Positions 50,929 to 64,000 of a stretch of 64,000 nt of DNA are shown in pieces. The notes beneath the pieces were generated by a model, which was given only the letters and a program-made list of their open reading frames with translations, had not been told where the DNA came from and did not search any database. How positions within the stretch are numbered: the first letter of the stretch is position 1; every line of letters starts with the position of its first letter. A program made the position numbers and the translations under genes. This DNA comes from Laetmonice hystrix (Eukaryota). The DNA is taken from contig OZ249444.1 in NCBI GenBank assembly GCA_965235115.1, forward strand, positions 26,536,001 to 26,600,000, in the 5' to 3' direction.

Positions 50929-52795
50929 CGCATGTACACATCTTATTCCAGATGTAAGTAATTCTGAAGATATAGAAACCTGATTGGTCTCAGTTAGTGG
51001 TTTCCGTTCTTTCCTATTCAACCCACAATGACACTGAACTAGCCGCTCTTCTATATAAGACGCAAGTAGTTCAAACGCAATTCAAATTATCTACCCGTGT
51101 TTATATTTATTGATAAAGTAATGAATTTAGTTTCACTGGGCGGGGCACGACCAATTGTTCTGAATATTCTTGGTGAATGCATATATAATTGCCAGTATTG
51201 TCTTAATACGACTGAAAATAAACAGGAGACCTAGCCACGGATCTGGTTAAATGTTAAACTGCCTGCCAAGTTGGCAACAATACCAAGAACAGAAATGGAG
51301 ACAGGAAATCACTGAGAGACTTCTCATTCTCACCTCGCCGAATACAAAATGATCTCATCCACTCGCCATTCCTATCAATACGTTCACTGGCAACTAAAAA
51401 TACGACAAGATTGGACTTTTTCAACTTGTAATTACTTAATTAATTTTATTTCGGTCTTACGCAAGAACGAAAGTTTCGCCAGATATTAAGAACCTCGAGG
51501 TGTTTACTCATTGAAATTTTCAGAAGCTTTTGACATAGGTTTTTTGAAATATTTTAATGTCGAAGTGCATAATATCTATACAATTCATGTGTATATATGT
51601 GCAATAAGATAGTAAGTATAAAGAAATATCAAACTATTTTTTTAAATGTTAGTTACTAGCCATTTCCATTTAAGCCAGATTTTTTTATTCAATGGTTGAA
51701 TTTAACGCTGTAATTTTTCCTGGTTGGCCTTTCCTGTTTCTGAAAATGGATTCCCTCTTTTAATCTCAAAATCACAGTAAAATAAAAGGGTCATGTCAAA
51801 ATCGCATGGACGTCGCAAGGACAATCGCTAATGTGGACACGCGCTCAATACATACACGAAGGTTTTATGCGGGGGGGGGGGGATTAATGTGATGTACTTT
51901 CCCTTTAGTCACAGATCTCCATGTTATTTCGATATGAGAACTGCGTATAGTGTATTTTCTAAGCAACTCTAGGATTCAGTGAGTCACGAATATCAGCCAC
52001 TTTTTACATGTCAACAAAATCTATCGTATTCTTGATATAATGCCAATATAATGAGGCATGTTTAGCAATTATAGCCATAAAACATAAACATATAATATAA
52101 TATACTAAACTGGAGAGACTGAAAGACTGTGAATAGCTAAAACACTGAAATTCTGCTTTATAATGCAAACAACAATATCTGGCACTGTTTGACAAGAATA
52201 GTTATGTTATCTTCCACTGTCAGGCGGTGCTAGGTTCCCTGTCCTCCCTGACGACCTACTCGGGCTAGCTGACCCACTTCCAGGTCACCCTGACAGAGGC
52301 GTATATTCCTATCGTCCTCCCATCTCATACTTCACAGTCACGCATTTGTTTCTTGCAGATAAACGGACATGAATATGCAGCTTTTGTTCTTGAAGCAGTA
52401 CTTTGTATTCTAAAATATGCGCGAAAAACATAGCAAATTATGCTACGGGCAGACACAATTAAGAAATTAGCGCCATGAATAAAATCTAGAATCTCGAGAT
52501 TGGAAAAAGACAACTTTTTCCCAATCTTTATCACAGAATTGCCAAGTTATCCTGAAAATACTGAGTCAGGACCCAAAAAACTCATGAGATCGCTGCCGTG
52601 TGCCGTTTTTCTTCCCGCCCGCGGACTACCGTGGGGGTGGGGGCCTTCATAACATTGTTTTATCCCATCACTCACCCTGCCTTCATTACCGCCACAATGT
52701 GAATCAGAACTAACATTGGCTGAATAAACGCCATGGATATCACAACTATTGTTTTCCAGACGAAGGTGGGAGGAGAGTGTGCTTGAAACTTTAAC

Positions 52796-53242
52796 TCTGT
52801 GTTAATATCCTATATCTAATCCTACATTCTGTGTCAATATCCTAGATCTAAATAAACCTACATTCTGTGTTAATATCCTAGATATAAACCTACATTCTGT
52901 GTTAATTTCCTAGATCTAGATACACCTACATTCTGTGTTAATATCCTAGATATAAACCTACATTCTGTGTTAATATCCTATATCTAATCCTACATTCTGT
53001 GTCAATATCCTAGATCTAAATAAACCTACATTCTGTGTTAATATCCTAGATATAAACCTACATTCTGTGTTAATATCCTAGATCTAGATAAACCTACATT
53101 GTGTGTTAATATCCTAGATCTAAATAAACCTACATTGTGTGTTAATATCCTAGATCTAGATAAACTTACATTCTGTATTAATATCCTAGATCTAGATAAA
53201 CCTACATTCGGTGTTAATATCCTAGATCTAGATAAACCTACA
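52796..53242. repeat. Minisatellite, 30-36-bp unit, about 13 copies
   Basis: CTACATTCTGTGTTAATATCCTAGATCTAGATAAAC variants. Confidence 0.92.
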
Positions 53243-53304
53243 CACTTCTCTTACTGCAGTTTATACATGGCTCTTATCACCCGCCCCCTCCCACCACCAC
53301 AAGC

Positions 53305-53335
<31 letters not shown>

Positions 53336-53514
53336 CCACACCCACACCCACACACACCACCTTGTCCCTATGACCTTTTACAGACAGAGGTCACTTAAAC
53401 CTTCAATGCACACTTTGTCTTTGATGACACATTTTGTATTATGATTGATTGTGGTGCCAGAAGAGTGTTAGCCTTCACTTCTAATCGTCCAACGTATCCT
53501 GCATGGATATATGG

Positions 53515-53692
53515 ATATAGCTAATTAGGCTAAACACACTTCATTGATATATTATGTGATACAGCTAATGTAGCTAACCACACTTCATGGCTAGAAGTGA
53601 TAGAGCTAATGTTGCTAATCACATGGAATATATATTATATAGCTAATGTAGCTAACCACACTTCATGGCTGCAAGTGATAGAGCTAATGTAT
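53515..53692. repeat. Degenerate tandem repeat
   Basis: AGCTAATGTAGCTAACCACACTTCATGGCT...AAGTGATAGAGCTAATGT occurs twice with diverged flanking copies. Confidence 0.6.
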
Positions 53693-53840
53693 CACTGACG
53701 ACTTTCGGCCTAGAATCTACATGATACATTAGACGGAACCAAATGGATACAGTTCACCCTGGTGGAGGCAGAACAACCCGACGCGTCGACCTGAAGTAAA
53801 TGATTTGTTCCACTCCAAGCAGGAACAGTTTCTATCATAG

Positions 53841-54691
53841 AATGGTACGTGTGGAATGTTCAGCTAATGTTCTATCACATACTGTCCTCCATATTCCCAC
53901 GTGTTAATGGTACGTGTGGAATGTTCAGCTAATGTTCTATCACATACTGTCCTCCATATCCCCACGTGTTAATGGTACGTGTGGAATCTTCAGCTAATGT
54001 TCTATCACATACTGTCCTCCATATTCCCACGTGTTAATGGTACGTGTGGAATGTTCAGCTAATGTTCTATCACATACTGTCCTCCATATCCCCACGTGTT
54101 AATGCTACGTGTGGAATGTTCAGCTAATGTTCTATCACATACTGTCCTCCATATTCCCACGTGTTAATGGTACGTGTGGAATGTTCAGCTAATGTTCTAT
54201 CACATACTGTCCTCCATATTCCCACGTGTTAATGGTACGTGTGGAAACTTCAGCTATAATGTTCTATCACGTACTGTCCTCCATATCCCCACGTGTTAAT
54301 GGTACGTGTGGAATGTTCAGCTAATGTTCTATCACATACTGTCCTCCATATTCACACGTGTTAATGGTACGTGTGGAAACTTCAGCTATAATGTTCTATC
54401 ACATACTGTCCTCCATATCCCCACGTGTTAATGGTACGTGTGGAATGTTCAGCTAATGTTCTATCACATACTGTCCTCCATATTCCCACGTGTTAATGCT
54501 ACGTGTGGAATGTTCAGCTAATGTTCTATCACATACTGTCCTCCATATTCCCACGTGTTAATGGTACGTGTGGAATGTCCAGCTAATGTTCTATCACATA
54601 CTGTCCTCCATATTCCCACGTGTTAATGGTACGTGTGGAATGTTCAGCTAATGTTCTATCACATACTGTCCTCCATATTCCCACGTGTTAA
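53841..54691. repeat. Minisatellite, 65-bp unit, 13 copies
   Basis: AATGGTACGTGTGGAATGTTCAGCTAATGTTCTATCACATACTGTCCTCCATATTCCCACGTGTT in tandem. Confidence 0.96.
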
Positions 54692-55834
54692 AGGAAGGAA
54701 CACCCCCTGTCTCCAATCGATAATCTAAACATACAGGCGCGCCCTCACGTCGGCCTTAAAGGGTCGATATCAGCCGAATTATCAGCATGAGATCTTGAAG
54801 GAAAGAAGGGAAACAGCAGGAAAAGAACAACTCTAAGATTGGTTGTGTCTTTATTATACAAACATAACGCCAATTATTTCTCAATGTTCGCCACATGAAA
54901 AGAACCCAATAAATGTATTGTTCTTTGTAATCAGTGAAGTTTGGGTTTCGGCAAAGAAGGGTCATAATGACCATATTTGGTATGTCTTGACTATGATATA
55001 CAGGTATAATATATAAATAATGTATATTATAGATGACCCTATTTTAAAGTATCTCTGTCTCTAAATCCTAGCTGTGAGTATTATAAATCGTGCATGAGAG
55101 AAGAGAGATAATTACCATGGTAAAAGTCGTTCGGTTCTCTCTGGTTTTACAGCAGGTTATATTTTGTAAATTGATTCCCCAAAATTTTACCCATGGGACT
55201 CTGGAATCGGAGGAATTGGCCACTTATCATGAGAAAAATCCATATATTTGCCAAGCATGGAGACTTTATAGGTTTGCACATGAACCCTAACAATTACATC
55301 AAAGCCAAGACTCCGGCACAGAGTCCCTTCGATCCCATCCCACAATAATTACTTAGATCTACGATCTCTTCGTCTCGGAGCATGATAATGTTGCAGCTGT
55401 AGGTCAGGAATTCCATGCAGGTATGTCATTATATAAGATCCTCACTCGGCTGTCACACAAAGGACCGCATTGCTCGTTTACAAGGTGCCAATATTTTTAC
55501 AGATACCCCTATATCGGATAATGATAAGCGCCATTATGAGCAGGAAGTGCTGTCTGATTAACTAAGCCTGACCCGTGAATGTTTTGTGGCAGCCACAGAA
55601 CAATGAAGCATAACTCTTAAGGGCCGTTCTCGGCCTGTCTTTGTGAGAACTGAGAGAGTGGTGCCCATGTTGGGACATTCCAGACATCCTGCCGATCGAT
55701 ATTTCATCAAAGAGTTTATCAGATTTCACGTTTGGGGGCTGACCGGAGTATTGGAAACATTAGGCAGACGTCTCAGTGGAAAACGTGCTAGGTTAGGTCG
55801 GCTTATTTGTATTCCATCAAACAATGACTCAGAG

Positions 55835-57791
55835 CAACACTAGACCATCCCTATCACATTCTACACTGTCAAACCATGATTCAAGCCAACACTAGACCAT
55901 CCCTATCATATTCTACACTGTCAAACCATGATTCAGACCAACACTAGACCCTCCCTATCACATTCTACACTGTCGAACCATAATTCAGACCAACACTAGA
56001 CCCTCCCTATCACATTCTACACTGTCAAACCATGATTCAGACCAACACTAGACCCTCCCTATCACATTCTACACTGTCAAACCATGATTCAGACCAACAC
56101 TAGACCATCCCTATCACATTCTACACTGTCAAACCATGATTCAGACCAACACTAGACCATCCCTATCACATTCTACACTGTCAAACCATGATTCAGACCA
56201 ACACTAGACCATCCCTATCACATTCTACACTGTCAAACCATGATTCAGATCAACACTAGACCCTCCCTATCACATTCTACACTGTCAAACCATGATTCAG
56301 ACCAACACTAGACCATCCCGATCACATTCTACACTGTCAAACCATGATTCAAGCCAACACTTGACCCTCCCTATCACATTCTACACTGTCAAACCATGAT
56401 TCAGACCATCACTAGACCATCCCTATCACATTCTACACTGTCAAACCATGATTCAGACCAACACTAGACCATCCCTATCACATTCTACACTGTCAAACCA
56501 TGATTCAGACCAACACTAGACCATCCCTATCACATTCTACACTGTCAAACCATGATTCAGACCAACACTAGACCATCCCTATCACATTCTACACTGTCAA
56601 ACCATGATTCAGACCAACACTAGACCATATTCTACACTGTCAAACCATGATTCAGACCAACACTAGACCATCCCTATCACATTCTACACTGTCAAACCAT
56701 GATTCAGACCAACACTAGACCATCCCTATCACATTCTACACTGTCAAACCATGATTCAGACCAACACTAGACCATCCCTATCACATTCTACACTGTCAAA
56801 CCATGATTCAGACCAACACTAGACCATCCCTATCACATTCTACACTGTCAAACCATGATTCAGACCAACACTAGACCATCCCTATCACATTCTACACTGT
56901 CAAACCATGATTCAGACCAACACTAGACCATATTCTACACTGTCAAACCATGATTCAGACCAACACTAGACCATCCCTATCACATTCTACACTGTCAAAC
57001 CATGATTCAGACCAACACTGGACCCTCCCTATCACATTCTACACTGTCAAACCATGATTCAAGCCAACACTAGACCCTCCCTATCACATTCTACACTGTC
57101 AAACCATGATTCAAGCCAACACTAGACCATCCCTATCACATTCTACACTGTCAAACCATGATTCAGGCCAACACTAGACCATCCCTATCACATTCTACAC
57201 TGTCAAATCATGATTCAGACCAACACTAGACCATCCCTATCACATTCTACACTGTCAAACCATGATTCAAGCCAACACTAGACCCTCCCTATCACATTCT
57301 ACACTGTCAAACCATGATTCAAGCCAGCACTAGACCATCCCTATCACATTCTACACTGTCAAACCATGATTCAGACCAACACTAGACCATCCCTATCACA
57401 TTCTACACTGTCAAACCATGATTCAAGCCAGCACTAGACCATCCCTATCACATTCTACACTGTCAAACCATGATTCAGACCAACACTAGACCATCCCTAT
57501 CACATTCTACACTGTCAAACCATGATTCAGACCAACACTAGACCATCCCTATCACATTCTACACTGTCAAACCATGATTCAGACCAACACTAGACCATCC
57601 CTATCACATTCTACACTGTCAAACCATGATTCAAGCCAACACTAGACCATCCCTATCATATTCTACACTGTCAAACCATGATTCAGACCAACACTAGACC
57701 ATCCCTATCACATTCTACACTGTCAAACCATGATTCAGGCCAACACTAGACCATCCCTATCACATTCTACACTGTCAAACCATGATTCAGA
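55835..57791. repeat. Minisatellite, 52-bp unit, about 38 copies
   Basis: CAACACTAGACCATCCCTATCACATTCTACACTGTCAAACCATGATTCAGAC in tandem; two units carry an internal deletion. Confidence 0.97.
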
Positions 57792-59175
57792 TCCTATGCT
57801 GTACAAGATTGAATTGATGGTATAAAACAGATAGTAACAAAAAGATAATGCCAAAGAAATACCCTAGAACAATGATTACCTTTTATGCAATCTTGAAAGG
57901 TTTTCGACTAGATAACTTCGTTATAACGTCATGTTACGATGGGACTGCTTTGATCTCATCGACATTGGACCGACTTACTGGCCACCGGCAGTGTTACGAT
58001 GTGTCCTTTTCACAGAGAATACATCTAAGACAAACGCAGACTTTGTTTGAGGAAGACAAATCAGAAGAAACCCCCCAGATGCATGGAAATCTCTTCTTTT
58101 ACATCACGCTGGTAGCCAATGATATTGATCTGGACAGGAATTAGTCCAATGACACTCATCGATACGGCCTCGCTTTGTCGGACATGCGAACCTCGGCGTC
58201 GATAAGAATTCATTAATATTTCATGGCCCAAGGAGGGGGGTCTATCTCCCTTAAAGAGCGGATGGCGGAAAAATCTGTCGATGTATAATTGGTGCCCCCC
58301 GATGTGGCCAAGTGATTTGGGTCAGAACACAGCGGGCTACGTCAATTCGCTCGAGTGGGGTTTTAATGTGTAGACGCACTGGGGGATCGAGTGTATGATA
58401 AAAACATATCATATACTGGAGCGATTATCTAACGAGACTGGCTGACTATATTTTCGTGTTTTTCACACGATATAGAAGTGATACCCTTGTATGGTTCCGT
58501 ACCGCCTCACTATCTCCTACCCGCGTTCTCTATTGGTTTACCATCAGGCTGAGAGAGCACATTTACTGCCCCCAGGCACTTTCTGGTGTGCACGGAGCTG
58601 TTGGAATTATCGTTGTATAATTGCACGATTGATTGTGGATGCACCCGACTACACATGCAAGACACTCATCTTGTCAAAGGGAGCAGTTAATGCGGCATGT
58701 ATCAGTCCGGCGGCTCCAGCTGCCGGGTGTTGGTTTCTATATATATATTTCTACAGGAAACACATTCTAGGAATCGGCTTGGAGAGCGGAGTCGTGGCCT
58801 AAGGTTTTGACCGTCAACAAAATACAATTGCCTACCCCCATCCTTCCCACACACAACTCCAGCCAACCCAAGCCGCACTAATCCTTCCTCTAAATCCTTC
58901 ATAAACCCACTCGACACTTTCCGCCAGGGAGGCCAGTTTTTAATTGTCCCCCACTCTTGGCGACAACTGCGGCGGCTGGAGACACACAACCATCAGACTA
59001 AGCTGGGGTTATCCGCGCTGCGTTCGGGTGCCATCGATACGGTGGCGTTCGATCGAAGACATTCGACTCCTTCTCCGACTGAAGGCAGCAATCGCCGCAC
59101 ACAGAAACTTGGGGAGAATACCACCTTGAGAACTGATGACGCCTAAGATCAGGAATAATAGGTTATTATACTTAC

Positions 59176-59800
59176 GAGGCCTTTCGACGATTGTATTCAC
59201 TGTTGCTGGTCCACACAAGAGGATGGCTATTTCCATGACACTGTGGAGATGGGTGTGCGCCGTCTGCTGGCTTCCCCTCGCTGGCTGTGTATACACGTGC
59301 GCCGAGTGGCGGGAAAGTTGGCACCTGGTGTACGCAGACTGGTGGGCCACAGATCTCGTCGTTTCACGTCGGTTACCGCTTCCTCTCTACATGCACACCA
59401 TCTCCGATCGCTACGAAATGACATGCGCGTGCATTTCTCGCCGCCTTAGAGACGGAAGCACGTGCACACTAACTTTGCCTGCCGGAGGGTTTGGTTAGAT
59501 CAAGAATGGGTGGATGGTCAGCTCCAACTGGGCGTGTGATGCGCGTAATGCGCATGAGTTGGGCGGCGGGTGGGTGTGACTACGGGTGTGACGGGTGTGA
59601 CGGGTGTGTGGTGGTGGTGGCGAGAACGTCCACCGACTAGTCGGGTCGATCGCTCCACGCCTCAGCCACAGATGGCAGTCATGCACGAGAGGACTGAGAG
59701 GATAGAGGACACGTTACGTGGTCCAGGACCTCCTCGACCGTTTCCGGTCTTACACCGCACGTGGCGGGTCCGGGACCACTCGACGGTCACGGGGAGGAGG
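59176..59800 (-). promoter_or_regulatory. CpG-dense region with a minus-strand donor: candidate promoter and non-coding first exon
   Basis: CTC|GTAAGT at 59175-59170; the upstream sequence is CpG-rich with GGGCGG and GCGCATG motifs. The link to AChE is inferred only. Confidence 0.25.
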
Positions 59801-60415
59801 CCACTACACACCCTGCAGTAACTAAACACGACCGCCGACCACCACCGACCACCGACGCCGACAACGTCCTCAAGAGTAAAAGTGTTTGACGACGCTGGCG
59901 TTCCGTCGGTTGACGCCGGGGGTTGTTTAACCACCCCCTTGATCGGGAGGCTGCAGCCACGGCGGCCCTCCGGAAAACGCTTCAAATTAGATTTGGCCGG
60001 GAAGGCTAGAAAAGAGCAAATCCAATGGGCGAGGGAGGCCCCCAGCTGGGGGAGGTGGAGACAGGCTGAGGCTATTCCCATGGGATCAAGCCGCGAAAAG
60101 CTGTCATTCAGCACAACATGGTCGTCTTACAACGCCATCTATTATGGTGGTCTGTCAGGTTTTAACAAATCAGGAAGTTACACGGAAACATAATGCACAG
60201 ACATCGCGGTCATCTGTGCCAGTTTCTCCGGAGATGGATCCCCAATCATCAGAGACCCATCATCAGCAAGCCCCCTATCATCTGAGTGTATTGGTTGCCA
60301 ATCAACGAGGTTTCCAATCTTCAGAGCTCCGTTTCCAACTGTCAGAGGTCGATCATCATTATGATTCCCAATCATCATGGCTTCTTCATTTTATTTCATT
60401 CATTTATTGCTCGAA

Positions 60416-60554
60416 NNNNNNNNNNNNNNNNNNNNNNNNNNNNNNNNNNNNNNNNNNNNNNNNNNNNNNNNNNNNNNNNNNNNNNNNNNNNNNNNNNNNN
60501 NNNNNNNNNNNNNNNNNNNNNNNNNNNNNNNNNNNNNNNNNNNNNNNNNNNNNN
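60416..60554. other. Assembly gap (N run)
   Basis: Run of N. Confidence 1.
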
Positions 60555-61385
60555 ATTTAATGTAACAAGACGTATATCTAAGTCGATCTTGGCCAATGCT
60601 ATTGCAATAATCTCAACAGAACTCACAGGAGGAACCGATCAGACTTTACAGGCAATATCACTTTTAATTCTTTATAAGAAATACCAACCTTGTGTGCCTC
60701 TAGTAATAGAGTGTTCAGTGGCGCGTTGTCACCATGGTGACTCCGAGACGCCAGTGTAGGTGGCAGCAGGCGTCAGGAGGCCGTGGTGGGGACACGGGCC
60801 GGTGGTACGGTATGGCGCGACCTCTAGTGGAGGGGTGTGACCTTTCCTGTTGGCGGTGGACGCGGCGAGTTGAGGCCTGACGTCACAATATAACATAACG
60901 TCACTATCAGTATCAACAAACCGTGAACACATCTATTTCAGGTTAGACTAAGTTTATTATCAGCAGACAAATTAAGCAAAAATTCGTAACTGATATAAAT
61001 TAAAAGCATGGCTTTGGTAATCGGCAGTTGTCCTACACAGACCAGTACGCAGGGGTGTTTGTGTGTGTGTGTGTGTGGGGGGGGGGGGGTAAGTTCTGAA
61101 GAAAGAAGAAAGAACGCTTAACAGATCTAATACTAGTGTATTATAATAGCATGCAATCATTCATCGCATTTCCCCTTGTCATATAGTGTAACGTGCCTAG
61201 GAAATAGTTCAATGACGGAAAACTTTTGTACTATTTACCAGCTGTTTATGCATGATCTTATGGTTAAAACAAATGGCGAAAATCTTCAGAAGCTAAATCT
61301 TAGATGGGCCTAGTCCGGCTTGAGATCTAATTTCGAACACATTTGCCCGACAAAGATCAATTAGAAGGACGAATTGATTGCTACC

Positions 61386-63269
61386 AGTGTGACCGTTAAG
61401 ACATCCAAAGCTGTCACACCACCACAGTGACGATCAAGAGATCAGTCTGGTCAATCGTTTAGTGTGACCGTTAAGACATCCAAAGCTGTCACACCACCAT
61501 AGTGACGATCAAGAGATCAGTCTGGTCAATCGTTTAGTGTGACCGTTAAGACATCCAAAGCTGTCACACCACCACAGTGACGATCAAGAGATAGCCTAAG
61601 TCTGGTCAATCGTTTAGTGTGACCGTTAAGACATCCAAAGCTGTCACACCACCATATTGACGATCAAGAGATCAGTCTGGTCAATCGTTTAGTGTGACCG
61701 TTAAGACATCCAAAGCTGTCACACCACCATATTGACGATCAAGAGATCAGTCTGGTCAATCGTTTAGTGTGACCGTTAAGACATCCAAAGCTGTCACACC
61801 ACCATAGTGACGATCAAGAGATCAGTCTGGTCAATCGTTTAGTGTGACTGTTAAGACATCCAAAGCTGTCACACCACCACAGTGACGATCAAGATATCAG
61901 TCTGGTCAATCATTTAGTGTGACCGTTAAGACATCCAAAGCTGTCACACCACCACAGTGACGATCAAGAGATCAGTCTGGTCAATCGTTTAGTGTGACCG
62001 TTAAGACATCCAAAGCTGTCACACCACCACAGTGACGATCAAGAGATCAGTCTGGTCAATCGTTTAGTGTGACCGTTAAGACATCCAAAGCTGTCACACC
62101 ACCACAGTGACGATCAAGAGATCAGTCTGGTCAATCGTTTAGTGTGACCGTTAAGACATCCAAAGCTGTCACACCACCATAGTGACGATCAAGAGATAAG
62201 TCTGGTCAATCGTTTAGTGTGACCGTTAAGACATCCAAAGCTGTCACACCACCACAGTGACGATCAAGAGATAGCCTAAGTCTGGTCAATCGTTTAGTGT
62301 GACCGTTAAGACATCCAAAGCTGTCACACCACCATATTGACGATCAAGAGATCAGTCTGGTCAATCGTTTAGTGTGACCGTTAAGACATCCAAAGCTGTC
62401 ACACCACCATATTGACGATCAAGAGATCAGTCTGGTCAATCGTTTAGTGTGACCGTAAAGACATCCAAAGCTGTAACACCACCACAGTGACGATCAAGAG
62501 ATCAGTCTGGTCAATCGTTTAGTGTGACCGTTAAGACATCCAAAGCTGTCACACCACCATAGTGACGATCAAGAGATAAGTCTGGTCAATCGTTTAGTGT
62601 GACCGTTAAGACATCCAAAGCTGTCACACCACCACAGTGACGATCAAGAGATCAGTCTGGTCAATCGTTTAGTGTGACCGTAAAGACATCCAAAGCTGTA
62701 ACACCACCACAGTGACGATCAAGAGATCAGTCTGGTCAATCGTTTAGTGTGACCGTTAAGACATCCAAAGCTGTCACACCACCACAGTGACGATCAAGAG
62801 ATCAGTCTGGTCAATCGTTTAGTGTGACCGTTAAGACATCCAAAGCTGTCACACCACCACAGTGACGATCAAGAGATCAGTCTGGTCAATCGTTTAGTGT
62901 GACCGTTAAGACATCCAAAGCTGTCACACCACCACAGTGACGATCAAGAGATCAGTCTGGTCAATCGTTTAGTGTGACCGTAAAGACAACCAAAGCTGTC
63001 ACGCCACCACAGTGACGATCAAGAGATCAGTCTGGTCAATCGTTTAGTGTGACCGTTAAGACATCCAAAGCTGTCACGCCACCACAGTGACGATCAAGAT
63101 ATCAGTCTGGTCAATCGTTTAGTGTGACCGTTAAGACATCCAAAGCTGTCCCACCACCACAGTGACGATCAAGAGATCGGTCTGGTCAATCGTTTAGTGT
63201 GACCGTTAAGACATCCAAAGCTGTCACACCACCACAGTGACGATCAAGAGATAAGTCTGGTCAATCGTT
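61386..63269. repeat. Tandem repeat, 75-bp unit, 25 copies
   Basis: TAGTGTGACCGTTAAGACATCCAAAGCTGTCACACCACCACAGTGACGATCAAGAGATCAGTCTGGTCAATCGTT in tandem. Confidence 0.97.
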
Positions 63270-64000
63270 AAGAGCTGATCCGCTGATCTGACGTCACATT
63301 ATACCCCCTGCCTACCCTGCCGACTAAATGCCTCTATTTCCCCCCCGAACATCCGGGCTTCCCCGTCGGGCAGAGACTAAGCATGAATCAATAATTGTTC
63401 ATTTTATATTCTGCTCCTATCGACGCCGCCCGCTTACCTCCCTGCTCCTCTGACAGATACTGAATGCGTGACATTGCCTCGAAAAACAGACGCCCCTGTA
63501 TAAGGCCCGACCCGTACAACTTTCATTTCTCGAAAGATAGGTTCTATGATTTCTGACAATTATGCACATTTTCATTGACCGTATTCTTTACTTATTTCAA
63601 TCCTTTCTATTGATTTATTCTTCTATTCCTAGTTTGATATCCCCCAGTGACTAATTCCCGCTACTTTCCGAGGAGCGCCATTATTCATCAGCCAATCGCA
63701 CATGTCTAGTAAGACGGGCTGCCAGAAAGTTATTCTCCCCAGTAGAATTTTGCTAAGAAGAAAACACAACCCGTTTTCCCCTTGCCCTCGAACAGTGATA
63801 TATATATATGTCATGTTGTCGTACCATCGAGGGTCATTTTACATAGCATTGGCGTTGGCAGAGCTGCTATAGTACTGTGGTCTAGGCCTGATGTCCCAAC
63901 AGACTTTGCAATCGCCCAGTTCCTTCCCAGCTGTACGCCAGTCGTATTCCCCATACAGGCCGCACAGTCAATACACCCTTCACCCTCAGCCAGAAATATA

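Noticed and set aside
61386-63269. CACAGTG in many units as a RAG recombination-signal heptamer
   Set aside because: No ACAAAAACC-like nonamer at 12- or 23-bp spacing.
105-63269. Bias of unit lengths toward multiples of three
   Set aside because: About 12 of 32 units are divisible by three, matching chance.

Overview
Eukaryotic (animal) genomic DNA, most likely an invertebrate; a lophotrochozoan source is my inference from the enzyme sequence. It has three N gaps. The only protein-coding region I can recognise is one large minus-strand exon (CDS 21063-19514) of an invertebrate ace-1-type acetylcholinesterase. It encodes the signal peptide through WTNFAKTG, has an intact Ser/Glu/His triad, and is bounded by a canonical acceptor (21229) and donor (19513). 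I did not find the C-terminal exon(s) in the 19.5 kb downstream, and the first exon(s) must lie upstream, so most of the window is probably intronic or flanking DNA of this gene. About 23 kb (about 36%) consists of more than 30 mostly unrelated minisatellite arrays (units 11-109 bp); these explain nearly all long ORFs in the ORF track. Other features are a tRNA-derived SINE head, a palindrome-rich MITE-like element, a 17-bp perfect hairpin, a (CTG)20 tract and candidate regulatory motifs. I found no CRISPR array, rRNA, intact tRNA or intact transposon ORF, and no novel enzymatic system. The most unusual signals are the minisatellite mosaic, its hairpin-rich units, and possible regulatory features around the AChE exon.
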